Assembly (NCBI GenBank): GCA_021851895.1 | Contig: JAJZQJ010000007.1 | Span: 6,618 to 70,617, forward strand | DNA length: 64,000 nt | Origin: a bacterium | Lineage (GTDB): Bacteria; Patescibacteriota; Minisyncoccia; Phycocordibacterales; UBA6899 | Direction: 5' to 3' | Shown: in pieces, positions 1-9,902 of the stretch | Position numbering within the stretch: position 1 is the first letter of the stretch | How the letters are laid out: the number at the start of each line of letters is the position of its first letter | Notes under the pieces: model-generated | Seen by the model: only the letters and a program-made list of their open reading frames with translations | The model's database searches: none | What the model was told of the DNA's origin: nothing | Position numbers and translations under genes: made by a program

Positions 1-38
1 GCGCAAAGAAGCCTCGTCGCATCTAAAGTTCTGAATAT

Positions 39-668
39 ATGGCAAAGAAAAATACATGTAAAACCTGCCGCCGCCTTGGCGAGTCTCTCGTCCTCCGTGG
101 AGGTAAGTGTGCATCGGGAAAGTGTGCTTTTGCACGCCGCCCGACACCACCGGGAAAGCCAATGGCAGAACGTAAACACCGTTCAACTGTTACCGAATTC
201 GGTACACAGATGCGCGAGAAGCAAAAGGTCCGTTTTTCTTACGGTATCTCAGAGAAGCAATTCTCTGCATACGTTAAGGATGCGGCTCATGCAAAGGGTG
301 TTGCGCCTACCGATTCGCTCTATGAGCGACTCGAGCGCCGTCTCGACAACGTCGTATTCGTCCTCGGTTTTCCGAAGAGTCGCGCACACGCACGTCAGAT
401 CACCTCACATGGTCACATTACCGTGAATGGAAAGAAGATGACCATCCCATCATATCCTGTAAAGAACGGTGACATCATCGCTGTCCGTGAGGGCAGCAAG
501 AAGTCTCCCATCTTCGCCACAGCGGCAGAGGATATGGTGAAGGCACCAGCAGATTGGATCACCGTCGATCCTTCAAAGCTCTCAGCAACCATTAAGGGTG
601 CTCCAAAGCTTGATAAGAATCGTATGACATTCAATCTCCAGTCGGTCATCGAGTTCTACTCTCGATAA
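39..668 (+). CDS. rpsD: 30S ribosomal protein S4
   Basis: 209 aa product with an N-terminal Cys4 zinc knuckle (CKTCRRLG..CASGKC) and an S4 RNA-binding domain. It directly precedes rpoA, as in the alpha operon. Confidence 0.95.
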   Translation: MAKKNTCKTCRRLGESLVLRGGKCASGKCAFARRPTPPGKPMAERKHRSTVTEFGTQMREKQKVRFSYGISEKQFSAYVKDAAHAKGVAPTDSLYERLERRLDNVVFVLGFPKSRAHARQITSHGHITVNGKKMTIPSYPVKNGDIIAVREGSKKSPIFATAAEDMVKAPADWITVDPSKLSATIKGAPKLDKNRMTFNLQSVIEFYSR

Positions 669-869
669 AAAGCTCGGCTATTGTCTCCGATCGATAGAGA
701 GGATAGCAATAGCTTCCGTGCACTGCATCCGCAGTACACATTCTGGTTAAACTTAGACTTATGTTCGTGGGCCAAGAACCCGTGAGTAGGTCGGCAATAA
801 TTGGTTTTGTTTATGTGAAAACATATGACATAATTGATTATTGTTAAACTAATAAATTATCTTTTCGCT

Positions 870-1847
870 ATGCCTGACTACAACGTTGCATTGCCATCGA
901 AGCCAAAGCCAGTTCTTGAAGAGGGCAATCTCGGTATCTATGAAATCGAGGGACTCTATCCTGGCTACGGTCATACGCTCGGCAACTCGCTTCGCCGCAT
1001 CATTCTTTCATCGCTCTCTGGCGCCGCAATCACGGGGCTTAAGATCGATGGAGTGTTGCATGAGTTTACGGCTATGGAGGGTGTTAAGGAGGACGTTATC
1101 GCACTTATCTTGAATCTCAAGAAAGTACGCTTTGCACTGCATGGGGATGAGCCACAAACACTCACACTCTCAGTACAAGGACCAGCACTTGTTTCTGCCG
1201 CGAACATCGCAGGCAACACACAGTGTGAGGTACTCACTCCGGAGCAGTATATCTGTGAGATCACCGACAAGAAGACCACACTTACGATGGAAATGACCAT
1301 CGAGAAGGGGTTGGGATATCTTCCAAAGGAGATGATCACGAAGGACAAGGTGGACATTGGCGTCATATCTCTTGATGCCGCTTTCACCCCGATCCGACGT
1401 GTGAACTACGAGGTTGAACCTATGCGTGTCGGAGATCGCACAGACTATAATCGCCTGAAGATCTCAATAGAGACGGATGGCACTTTGACACCACGTAAGG
1501 CACTCGAGGATGCGATCGAAATCATGATCCATCAGCTCAAGGCTGTCGTAGGTTTCAAGGAAGAGGAAGTCATCGTTGAATCGATTCCTACACCGGAAGA
1601 GATTCGCGAGGAGGCAACCCCAGTACAGGAGGAGAAGGTTGATATGGAATTCTTGAAGATCCGCATCGACTCTCTCGACCTCTCTGCGCGAACGCTCAAC
1701 GCACTCAACAATGCAGGAATTCGCACACTCGGTGGTCTTGTTCGCAAAACAGCGGACGACCTCCTTGATGTTGAAGGACTCGGCGAAAAGGGCTTACAGG
1801 AGATCAAGCGTGCACTTTCGAATTTCGGAGTGACGCTGAAGCAGTAA
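870..1847 (+). CDS. rpoA: DNA-directed RNA polymerase subunit alpha
   Basis: Translation carries the alpha N-terminal dimerisation motifs (GHTLGNSLRRIILSSL) and a C-terminal alphaCTD helix-hairpin-helix. The ORF opens at 834 but the likely start is the Met at 870 (MPDYNVAL..). Confidence 0.92.
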   Translation: MPDYNVALPSKPKPVLEEGNLGIYEIEGLYPGYGHTLGNSLRRIILSSLSGAAITGLKIDGVLHEFTAMEGVKEDVIALILNLKKVRFALHGDEPQTLTLSVQGPALVSAANIAGNTQCEVLTPEQYICEITDKKTTLTMEMTIEKGLGYLPKEMITKDKVDIGVISLDAAFTPIRRVNYEVEPMRVGDRTDYNRLKISIETDGTLTPRKALEDAIEIMIHQLKAVVGFKEEEVIVESIPTPEEIREEATPVQEEKVDMEFLKIRIDSLDLSARTLNALNNAGIRTLGGLVRKTADDLLDVEGLGEKGLQEIKRALSNFGVTLKQ

Positions 1848-1853
1848 ATCCGT

Positions 1854-2216
1854 ATGAGGCATCATAACTCAGTTAAAAAATTCGGACGTCAGTCTGGCCA
1901 GCGTCTCGCACTCATGCGCTCTCTCGTGAACAATTTGATCACGCACGAGCGCATGACCACAACCGAGGCGAAGGCTAAGGCACTTCGTCCAGTCATTGAA
2001 AAGCTTGTCACGAAGGCACGTGGCGCTGATCTTGCAACAACTCGCGAGATCACGGCACGCCTCGGAAACAACAAGGTCACGACAACCAAGCTCATCAAGG
2101 AGATCGCTCCGAAATATGAGAGTCGCGCAGGTGGATACACCCGCATTATCAAGCTCGGTGCTCGTTCTGGTCGCGGCGATGCAAGCAAAATGGCAATGAT
2201 CGAATTCGTATCGTAA
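1854..2216 (+). CDS. rplQ: 50S ribosomal protein L17
   Basis: 120 aa product; MRHHNSVKKFGRQSGQRLALMRSL is the typical L17 N-terminus. It follows rpoA. Confidence 0.95.
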   Translation: MRHHNSVKKFGRQSGQRLALMRSLVNNLITHERMTTTEAKAKALRPVIEKLVTKARGADLATTREITARLGNNKVTTTKLIKEIAPKYESRAGGYTRIIKLGARSGRGDASKMAMIEFVS

Positions 2217-2235
2217 TTGCGTAAGTACACATAAT

Positions 2236-2580
2236 ATGGAACACACAATCGATGCCAAGGGCTTGTCGCTTGGCCGCGTCGCTAGCGACGTTGCAGTCAT
2301 TCTCATGGGCAAGGACTCTGTAGACTTCGCAAAGAACGTCGTTCGCGACGTTAAGGTGAAGGTCATCAATGCTTCACAGCTCGATATCACAGAGAAGAAG
2401 ATGGATCAGAAGCACTATCACATCCACACTGGATATGTTGGTAATGCAAAGAGCCCATCTCTTGCACAGGTCATTACCAAGAAGGGATATGGAGAAGCGC
2501 TTCGTATCGCCGTGAAGGGAATGCTTCCGGGCAATACCCTCCGCGATAAGCGCCTCAAGAACCTCTCTATTGAAGAATAG
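2236..2580 (+). CDS. rplM: 50S ribosomal protein L13 (short form)
   Basis: 114 aa L13-like product lying immediately upstream of rpsI, the canonical L13-S9 pair. Confidence 0.88.
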   Translation: MEHTIDAKGLSLGRVASDVAVILMGKDSVDFAKNVVRDVKVKVINASQLDITEKKMDQKHYHIHTGYVGNAKSPSLAQVITKKGYGEALRIAVKGMLPGNTLRDKRLKNLSIEE

Positions 2581-3007
2581 TATGACAACAGCAAAGAAGA
2601 AGGCAACTGCCACTGGCGCAAAGTACATCGAGGGTATCGGCCGTCGTAAGACCGCCGTTGCTCGCGTTCGTATGACTCCAGCAGGCAAGAACTCAATGGT
2701 TATCAATGGTAAGGATGCGGCAGAATACTTCGGCCCATCGAAGCTTGCGACTACCGCACTTTCACCCGTAGCCCGAGAGGGTGCAGAGGGAAAGTATGAG
2801 ATCTCAGTGAAGGTTGTTGGTGGGGGAACTTCAGCTCAGGCTGAGGCGATCCGCCACGGTCTCTCACGCGCACTCGTCATGGAGAACGCAGAGATCAAGG
2901 GTTCTCTCAAATCACTCGGCTTCCTCAAGCGCGATTCGCGCGAGGTGGAGCGTAAGCACTTCGGCTACAAGAAGGCTCGCAAGGCCTCACAGTGGTCAAA
3001 ACGCTAA
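2570..3007 (+). CDS. rpsI: 30S ribosomal protein S9
   Basis: C-terminal GGGTSAQAEAIRHGLSRAL...KKARKASQWSKR is the S9 signature. An alternative start at 2582 would remove the 11-nt overlap with rplM. Confidence 0.93.
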   Translation: MKNSMTTAKKKATATGAKYIEGIGRRKTAVARVRMTPAGKNSMVINGKDAAEYFGPSKLATTALSPVAREGAEGKYEISVKVVGGGTSAQAEAIRHGLSRALVMENAEIKGSLKSLGFLKRDSREVERKHFGYKKARKASQWSKR

Positions 3008-3018
3008 TAAAAAGATCA

Positions 3019-3047
3019 ACAGCCCTCCGGGCTGTTTTTCTTTTTTA
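3019..3047 (+). terminator. Rho-independent terminator after rpsI
   Basis: Hairpin cagccc-tccg-gggctg followed by a T-run. Confidence 0.75.
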
Positions 3048-3363
3048 AGCGCTTTGACCACTGTGAGCAGGGAAGGGTCGGAAACCGTGAGGTTTTCGTA
3101 GGGGAGAGCACCGAGGCTTTGCGAGGGTTGAGGACCTTGGGTGAGCTCTCGCTTATGGGTCCCATTCTTTATGGGGACGAGAGCGCAAGACCTTTTGAGG
3201 ACTTTTGTGAGTCTGCGAATCAAAAGGTCCAAAAGGTGTACCGTTCATGTAATGAAATCAAAACGATTTCCGTGCGGGGCCCCTCTGGGGCACGAGAGGA
3301 GATAGAAAATGTGGAACATTTTCCCTCGAGCGAGACGGAGCGATGCCGAGTCTGCGAGGCCAC

Positions 3364-3460
3364 GAGTCGTGACGACGGCCATTTGGTATCTTGCGAATAC
3401 TTGGAGCAAGATACTTTGTGAGCCGTGTCGCGAGCAAAGTACTCACGAGTGGTCAGTCGC
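3364..3460. repeat. Copy A of a dispersed GC-rich structured repeat; other copies at 46271-46335 and 53364-53641
   Basis: Shares gagtcgtgRcgacggccaYttRgtat, then a hairpin, then atactttgtgagccgtg with the 46.3 kb copy. The hairpin sequence differs between copies but stays self-complementary. Confidence 0.6.
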
Positions 3461-3545
3461 TAATAATACACATCCTCTGCTGTATTAAATATATGTATAC
3501 ATGCAAAAGAATTGCACTCGCAATATATTAAGGTACAATAATGTT

Positions 3546-4109
3546 ATGAGGAATCGATCAGGCTTCACATTAATTGAACTCCTTGTCATCTTGTCGATCA
3601 TAGGACTGCTCTCTTCGGTCACACTCGCCGCACTGTCATCTGCAAAAAGAAAAGCTCGTGATGCTCGGAGAATGGCCGATATCAAACAACTACAACTTGC
3701 CCTTGAACTCTATAGGGATCGTTTTGGTGTTTACCCCACAGGGGAGTCAGAGGCGGGGGCGCCTCCTGCGGGCTGCTGGGGATGGGATACGTCATCTGTT
3801 GATCTTAATGGCGATGGGTATCCCTTCATACCTCCACTTGCGACTTCGGGAATCATTCTACCCGTACCCGTAGAACCTATCCCCGTAGCGGGAGGCGATT
3901 GTGATCTCACTCCGATATACAAATATGCGCATTACAGTGTGGGGACAAATGGCTGCCCGGCAGATAAGGGTGGGTACTATGTGCTCGAAGTCAATGTCAT
4001 GGAAACGATTCCCAACTTTGGAATTCACCCGCTGAGTCCAGGGTTCAAATGTGCCGGAAGAGATTGGTCACTTGAGGGGCAGTACACCATGGGTGGTTTT
4101 GAGGGCTGA
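3546..4109 (+). CDS. Type IV pilin / pseudopilin-like protein (prepilin N-terminal methylation motif)
   Basis: GFTLIELLVILSIIGLL class-III signal and hydrophobic helix, a conserved ARRxADIKQLQLALELY block, and a Cys/Trp/Gly-rich variable C-terminal domain. Start set at MRNRSGFTL. Confidence 0.8.
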   Translation: MRNRSGFTLIELLVILSIIGLLSSVTLAALSSAKRKARDARRMADIKQLQLALELYRDRFGVYPTGESEAGAPPAGCWGWDTSSVDLNGDGYPFIPPLATSGIILPVPVEPIPVAGGDCDLTPIYKYAHYSVGTNGCPADKGGYYVLEVNVMETIPNFGIHPLSPGFKCAGRDWSLEGQYTMGGFEG

Positions 4110-4184
4110 AGAGCCTCGATTCCAAACATTTCTATCATTCTTCCTTGGGGATAGAGGAGGGCCTTCGTATGGTACAATAAGGCC

Positions 4185-5303
4185 ATGCTGCAACGGCTTT
4201 CTATCTTCCACCGCGATAAGCGGCCGGTTGATATTCCTCTCGCGATCATTGCTGGTCTACTTATCGTCGTAGGTCTTTTTGTGTTTTTCTCTGCAAGCCT
4301 TCAAGCTCTTGGGCAGTCGCTCTTTAATCGTCTCATGATCACGCAGCTTGTTTACAGCTTGGTCATTGGTGGTTCATTGCTCTATGGCTTTTCACACTAT
4401 TCTTATAAGAATCTTGCTCAATGGGCGCTCCCTGGTGTGATCATCGCATCCGTTCTTTCACTCCTTGTATTCGTCCCAGGCATCGGTATGGCGCACGGTG
4501 GCGGACAGCGCTGGCTCAATCTCGGTTTTACCAATCTTCAACCAAGTGAATTCCTTAAGTTTGCCATCATCATCTTCCTCTCTGCGTGGTTTGCGAAGTC
4601 AAAGCGCAAGATGAATGATTGGAAATATGGACTTCTTGTACTCTCGCTTGTTGCAGGACTTGCGGGTGTCATACTCTTTCTCCAGAAGGATATCGGAACA
4701 CTTTCGGTCATCATTGGAAGCGCATTCGCGCTCTTTGCAGTAAGCAATGCACCGCTCAAGCATATTGGCGTTGCGGTGCTTCTCGGCATGCTCGTATTTG
4801 CATCCGCCATCATACTTCTTCCTCACGTGCGTGCACGCATCATGACTTTCACTGATTATAAAGACCCCCAGGGTGCGGGCTGGCAGGTTCGTCAATCGCT
4901 TATCGCCATCGGCTCAGGTGGGTTAGGGGGTAGGGGGTATCTCCAGAGCGTGCAGCGCTTTAGTTATCTCCCTGAGGCTCATGGTGACTCCATATTTGCA
5001 GTTGCAGCTGAGGAGCTCGGCTTCATCGGCGCCGTATTTATCGTCATACTTTATATTTCGCTCGCTTTGCGCTCACTGAAGGTCGCAATGAGAGCACCCG
5101 ACGACTTTTCCATGTTCCTTACCGTCGGATTCCTTTCAATGATACTCATACAGTCATCTCTTAACATTGGCTCTGTGCTCGGCGTAATACCATTTACTGG
5201 TGTCCCCCTCGTCTTCATGAGCCAAGGAGGAACGGCACTGGTCGTCGCCATGTCCGCGGTCGGGGTGATCCTAAACGTATCTCGTCATCAACACGTATCA
5301 TGA
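4185..5303 (+). CDS. ftsW: SEDS-family peptidoglycan glycosyltransferase FtsW/RodA
   Basis: About 10 predicted TM helices with FtsW/RodA/SpoVE conserved blocks (GIGMAHGGGQRWLNLG, QPSEFLKFA). It lies directly upstream of murG with an overlapping stop/start. Confidence 0.85.
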   Translation: MLQRLSIFHRDKRPVDIPLAIIAGLLIVVGLFVFFSASLQALGQSLFNRLMITQLVYSLVIGGSLLYGFSHYSYKNLAQWALPGVIIASVLSLLVFVPGIGMAHGGGQRWLNLGFTNLQPSEFLKFAIIIFLSAWFAKSKRKMNDWKYGLLVLSLVAGLAGVILFLQKDIGTLSVIIGSAFALFAVSNAPLKHIGVAVLLGMLVFASAIILLPHVRARIMTFTDYKDPQGAGWQVRQSLIAIGSGGLGGRGYLQSVQRFSYLPEAHGDSIFAVAAEELGFIGAVFIVILYISLALRSLKVAMRAPDDFSMFLTVGFLSMILIQSSLNIGSVLGVIPFTGVPLVFMSQGGTALVVAMSAVGVILNVSRHQHVS

Positions 5304-6427
5304 AAATACTTTTCACCGGTGGTGGCACAGGAGGCCACTTCTATCCAATAATTGCTGTAGCGGAGGCGGTATCATCGCTCGCTGCTAAAGAGGGTTTCAG
5401 TGAACCTGAACTCTTTTACGTTTCTGATAGCCCCATGGATGCAAGTCTGCTGCTCCAAAAGAAACTCCAGTATGTAGAGGTTTCTGCAGGAAAGCGAAGA
5501 ACGTACGCCTCTATCCAGAACTTCATCGATATTTTCCGGACTATCACTGGCTTTTTTAGCGCCCTCTGGAAGCTCTTTCGAATCTATCCCGATGTTATTT
5601 TCAGCAAAGGTGGCTATGCGAGTTTCCCAATACTCCTCTCAGCAAAAATACTCTTCATACCTGTTGTCATCCATGAATCTGATTCTGTTCCAGGACGCGT
5701 GAACGCATGGTCAGCAAAATTTGCGAAATATATAGCGATTTCATACCCAGAGGCGGTGAATGCTTTTGAGCATAAAGATCGGGTTGCTTATACAGGCCAA
5801 CCGATTCGTAAGGACCTCATGCAGCCGATCGATGTTGATGTCCGTACCGCGTTCAATCTTCCCGAGAATGCGCCCATCATACTCATACTCGGTGGCAGCC
5901 AAGGTGCCCAGGCGATAAATGACCTTATCGTCGATGCACTTCCGACGCTTCTCGACAAAGCCATCATCATCCACCAAGCAGGTGACGCGAACCTCGACTG
6001 GGTACGCACACGTGCATCAGGAATTCTCGCTGAACACCCTCATGCTTCATGGTATCTCCCATATGGATTCATCGATAGCCAAACATTGCGCGCATTTGGA
6101 GCCGCTGCGACGCTTGTCGTCTCTCGCGCAGGGTCAACGATCTTTGAAATAGCGATGTGGGGAAAACCATCAATACTTATACCACTTCCAATCGCACATG
6201 GTGATCACCAGAGAGTCAATGCGTACGCCTATGCTCGCACGGGTGCAGCAATAGTGCTCGAGCAATCGAATCTTAAATCCTCGATCCTCCTCACGACGAT
6301 CAGTACGATCATTAGCGACATGAGTAGACAAGAGGAGATGTCCGCTGCAGCACACAGCTTCTTTGTTCCTGACGCACCGGAAAAGATCGCAACCGCATTG
6401 CTTTCAATAGCCTCTTCACATCAATAA
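5300..6427 (+). CDS. murG: UDP-GlcNAc:undecaprenyl-PP-MurNAc-pentapeptide GlcNAc transferase
   Basis: N-terminal ILFTGGGTGGHFYP motif and GT28 architecture. Confidence 0.92.
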   Translation: MKILFTGGGTGGHFYPIIAVAEAVSSLAAKEGFSEPELFYVSDSPMDASLLLQKKLQYVEVSAGKRRTYASIQNFIDIFRTITGFFSALWKLFRIYPDVIFSKGGYASFPILLSAKILFIPVVIHESDSVPGRVNAWSAKFAKYIAISYPEAVNAFEHKDRVAYTGQPIRKDLMQPIDVDVRTAFNLPENAPIILILGGSQGAQAINDLIVDALPTLLDKAIIIHQAGDANLDWVRTRASGILAEHPHASWYLPYGFIDSQTLRAFGAAATLVVSRAGSTIFEIAMWGKPSILIPLPIAHGDHQRVNAYAYARTGAAIVLEQSNLKSSILLTTISTIISDMSRQEEMSAAAHSFFVPDAPEKIATALLSIASSHQ

Positions 6428-6534
6428 GCGAACACACGTCACATGTTGACGTGTGTTTTGTTATCTCTAAGCAGGGCCATGGGGGCTATGAAATTTTGAA
6501 AAAATGTTGTATTATGGCTCTATAAACGCATACC

Positions 6535-7884
6535 ATGACCTCTACTCCAAATAAAATCGTCACACGTTTCGCTCCGTCTCCGACGGGAAAATTTCATGTT
6601 GGCGGGATCCGAACCGCACTCTATAACTATCTCTTCGCTCGAAAGCTCGGGGGTAAATTCATCCTGCGCAGCGAAGACACTGACCCTGTGCGCTCCAAAA
6701 AAGAATATGAAGACTATTTTCTTGAACTCTTCGACTGGCTTTCACTCGACTATGATGAATTCTATCGTCAAAGTGAACGCACTGCGCTCTATCGTTCGTA
6801 CATAGAGCGTCTCATCGCTGAGGATAAAGCATATATATCGAAAGAAGAACCAAAAGAAGAAGGTCAGCGCAGTGAAGTCATTCGTCTCCGTAATCCAGGA
6901 AAGATCGTCACTTTCAACGACATCGTCCTTGGTGACATTTCTGTTGACACTACAGACCTTGGCGACTTCGTTATAGCGCGCGAGCTCGATTCGCCGGTAT
7001 ATCACTTTACCGTCGTTATTGACGACTTCGAGATGGGCGTGACGCACATCATTCGTGGACAGGAGCATGTCTCGAATACACCAAGACAAATCCTCATTCA
7101 AGAGGCCATTGGCGCACCAAGGCCGATCTATGCACACGCTTCGGTCATACTCAACAACGAACGTGCAAAATTAAGTAAACGCGATCCGCTCGTTCGCCCG
7201 GCACTCGAATACAGAGATGAAGGATATTTGCCTATGGGTATGCTGAATTTCATGTCTCTCTTGGGTTGGAACCCGGGCACGGAACAAGAGATCTTCACAA
7301 AGGATGAATTGATCCAGGCGTTCAGTCTCGAGAGACTTCAAAAACCTGGTGCTATATTCAATCCTGATAAGCTTGAATGGGTCAACAAGGAGCACATCAA
7401 GCGCATGTCGCGTGAATCTCAAGAGGCAGAGCTTATGAAGTATCTCCCTGAATCAGTAACGGGTCATCCAAACTTCGAGAAAGCTTTTCCGCTTTTTTCA
7501 CATCAACTCATTGAGCGCATATCACATTTCGGCGAAGTAAAGGCGCTTGTTGAGGCCGGCGAGATCGATTTCTATCTTGACCGCCCAAAGATCTCAAAAG
7601 AGCAACTCTTCTGGAAGAGCGAGAATAATATCCAGAAGATCACTGAGCGTCTCACGAAAGTACGAGAGCTTATATCCCAACTTGATGCCGAGACCTCCCC
7701 AGAGACTGCGAAATCTGCACTTTGGCAGTATGCGGAAGATGAGGGCAGGGGACAGGTGCTCTGGCCAACACGAGTAGCACTCTCTGGTAAGGAAAAATCA
7801 CCAGACCCATTTACCCTTATCGCGCAACTCGGAAGAGATGAGGCAATAGCGCGTATAGATGAAGCGCTTGCTACGCTCGCCTAG
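6535..7884 (+). CDS. gltX: Glutamate--tRNA ligase
   Basis: Class I aaRS with HIGH-like 'SPTGKFHVGG' and 'KLSKR' (KMSKS) motifs, and GluRS-specific blocks (ILRSEDTD). Confidence 0.93.
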   Translation: MTSTPNKIVTRFAPSPTGKFHVGGIRTALYNYLFARKLGGKFILRSEDTDPVRSKKEYEDYFLELFDWLSLDYDEFYRQSERTALYRSYIERLIAEDKAYISKEEPKEEGQRSEVIRLRNPGKIVTFNDIVLGDISVDTTDLGDFVIARELDSPVYHFTVVIDDFEMGVTHIIRGQEHVSNTPRQILIQEAIGAPRPIYAHASVILNNERAKLSKRDPLVRPALEYRDEGYLPMGMLNFMSLLGWNPGTEQEIFTKDELIQAFSLERLQKPGAIFNPDKLEWVNKEHIKRMSRESQEAELMKYLPESVTGHPNFEKAFPLFSHQLIERISHFGEVKALVEAGEIDFYLDRPKISKEQLFWKSENNIQKITERLTKVRELISQLDAETSPETAKSALWQYAEDEGRGQVLWPTRVALSGKEKSPDPFTLIAQLGRDEAIARIDEALATLA

Positions 7885-7902
7885 ATCGTACGACAACACT
7901 CA

Positions 7903-9198
7903 ATGCATACAAACGAACATAAAATCACGTTCTTTCTCATGCTCACGATCATGTTGATTGTGGGTTTTGTTGCTGCTCCGTACCTTGCGAACGCTCAAGA
8001 CGACGCGAAGGTTGAAGAACTTAATGGAAAGATTTCCGACCACAAAGACAACCTGAGTAAACTTAACCAAGAGATCGATGCACTCAAGGCGCAGATCAAT
8101 GAGGTTGGTAGTCAGAAGAAAACACTTCAGAATGAACTCAAGAGCATTGATCTCGTTCGTCAACGGATTGCCAAGGAAGCTGAGATCACTGCTATCAAAG
8201 CACAGCGTACAAATGATTCTATAAACGCACTTAATCAATCAATTAACGACAAACAAGCTATCATTGAGCAGCACCGCAAAGCGATCGCATTCAGCATGCA
8301 GCGCATAGCAGAGTCTGATCAGCATTCGTTGCTTGAGATGCTTCTCACGAACGACACGCTCTCAGAGACCTTCGCCGAAGCTGACCGACTCGAGGAGCTT
8401 CAACAAACCCTTGCAGACGAAATAACGAAGCTCCGTGGGGTCTCTCGGTCGCTCGCATCCGACAAGAAGGATCAAGAGACTGAGCTAAAGAAGGCGCAGC
8501 AACTCAAGAAGCAGCTTAGCGATCAAAAAAGTATCGTTGATGGGCAGCGCACGGAACGTGCACAACTCATCAAGGAAACGAGCAATAAAGAGAGCGTCTT
8601 CCAAGCTCAACTGAAAGAAAAGGAAAAGCGAAAGCAGCAGTTTGAACAAGAACTCCAAGCCTTTGAGTCGGAACTCAAAATAGCGATCGACGCGAATTCG
8701 TTCCCAACGCCAGGAACACATGCGCTTGTGCCACCAATACTCGGCGCGAAGATCACCCAGCACTTCGGCTATACCGCTGCAGCAAAGACACTCTATGTAT
8801 CGGGTCATCATAGTGGCACAGACTTCGGAGCCCACGTCGGTACAAGCGTCATGGCAGCAGCAAACGGAACCGTTTGGGCAACGGGAGACACCGATATCGC
8901 ATGTAGAGGCGCTTCATATGGTAAATACATACTTCTACGTCACCCTAATGGACTCGCAACGCTTTATGGACACCTCAGCCGCATCTCAGTAAGCCCTGGA
9001 GACCAAGTGAGCGTAGGGGACACCATAGGATATTCCGGAAATACAGGATACTCTACGGGCCCACATCTTCACTTCGGCGTATTCGTCGCTTCTGCAACAC
9101 GTGTCGACGACGTCCCAAGCCAGGCATGTCCAGGAGCAATATTCCATATGCCCGTCGCTCCAAAGAATGCCTATCTTGATGCAGAAAATTACTTCTAA
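7903..9198 (+). CDS. M23-family metallopeptidase with N-terminal coiled coil (EnvC-like)
   Basis: Signal/TM N-terminus, about 250 aa of coiled coil, then an M23 catalytic domain (HSGTDFGA...GNTGYSTGPHLHF). Confidence 0.85.
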   Translation: MHTNEHKITFFLMLTIMLIVGFVAAPYLANAQDDAKVEELNGKISDHKDNLSKLNQEIDALKAQINEVGSQKKTLQNELKSIDLVRQRIAKEAEITAIKAQRTNDSINALNQSINDKQAIIEQHRKAIAFSMQRIAESDQHSLLEMLLTNDTLSETFAEADRLEELQQTLADEITKLRGVSRSLASDKKDQETELKKAQQLKKQLSDQKSIVDGQRTERAQLIKETSNKESVFQAQLKEKEKRKQQFEQELQAFESELKIAIDANSFPTPGTHALVPPILGAKITQHFGYTAAAKTLYVSGHHSGTDFGAHVGTSVMAAANGTVWATGDTDIACRGASYGKYILLRHPNGLATLYGHLSRISVSPGDQVSVGDTIGYSGNTGYSTGPHLHFGVFVASATRVDDVPSQACPGAIFHMPVAPKNAYLDAENYF

Positions 9199-9220
9199 AA
9201 ACCAGCGATGCTGGTTTTTT
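9197..9220 (+). terminator. Rho-independent terminator after the M23 gene
   Basis: aaaaaccagc-gat-gctggtttttt. Confidence 0.8.
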
Positions 9221-9902
9221 GTAGCGTATTTAGTGTAAATTAACACTAAATAGGGCTTATACTAATGATTTCCATTGAGAAATTGGCTAAACATACGAGT
9301 TACCCTCAGAACAAGGATGCGCACAATGGGGTAGACTGCAGAAGGAGACCTGATTTGACGCTTTCTCGACCCCAGAGAGGCATACAGTGATCAAAGCCTA
9401 CCTATGGACTAAGAATGCTCATATAGACAACACTAGCCATAAAGAGCTACCTGAGCGAGATGAATCAGAGGTACGGTTACAAGGCCCATGATAGACCCAA
9501 GACCGAAAGTTTTCTACACAGGCAAGTTTCAAGCATACATTAAAAATAAATGATCATGAGAATAGCATAAGCTGCAGCATAAGCTGCAGGCGGACAGCTC
9601 GGTGTGCATAAAAGTTTTTACAAAGATCGCACACATATAATCACGTACAGCGAAGAGGTAATATATGTGGGATTCACCGTAGAATCATTAAGCCGCTCAG
9701 CATAGCCGCGCTTTCCCCGCTTTCTGCGCAGTATTACATCGTAAAAGGTATATTGTGCGACGTATTGTCACTAAAGCGGCTAGGGTCTATACAAACCTCA
9801 AATAAGCGGCACCTACTACCCCATGAGCGCTGTCGGATATTCTTTACAATAAAAACAGCCCCTCTGAATGAGGCTGTTTGATTACGGAACACGCTCAGGA
9901 TT

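Noticed and set aside
9225-9902. RNase P RNA, tmRNA or SRP RNA in the large noncoding gaps (9225-9902, 3100-3480, 46170-46560).
   Set aside because: I searched by eye for hallmark motifs and found none. These were GGAAAGTCCGG and ACAGAACCCGGCTTA for RNase P, a tRNA-like 3' end with a tag-peptide ORF for tmRNA, and GGAAGGAAGCAGC for SRP RNA. A covariance-model scan is still needed.
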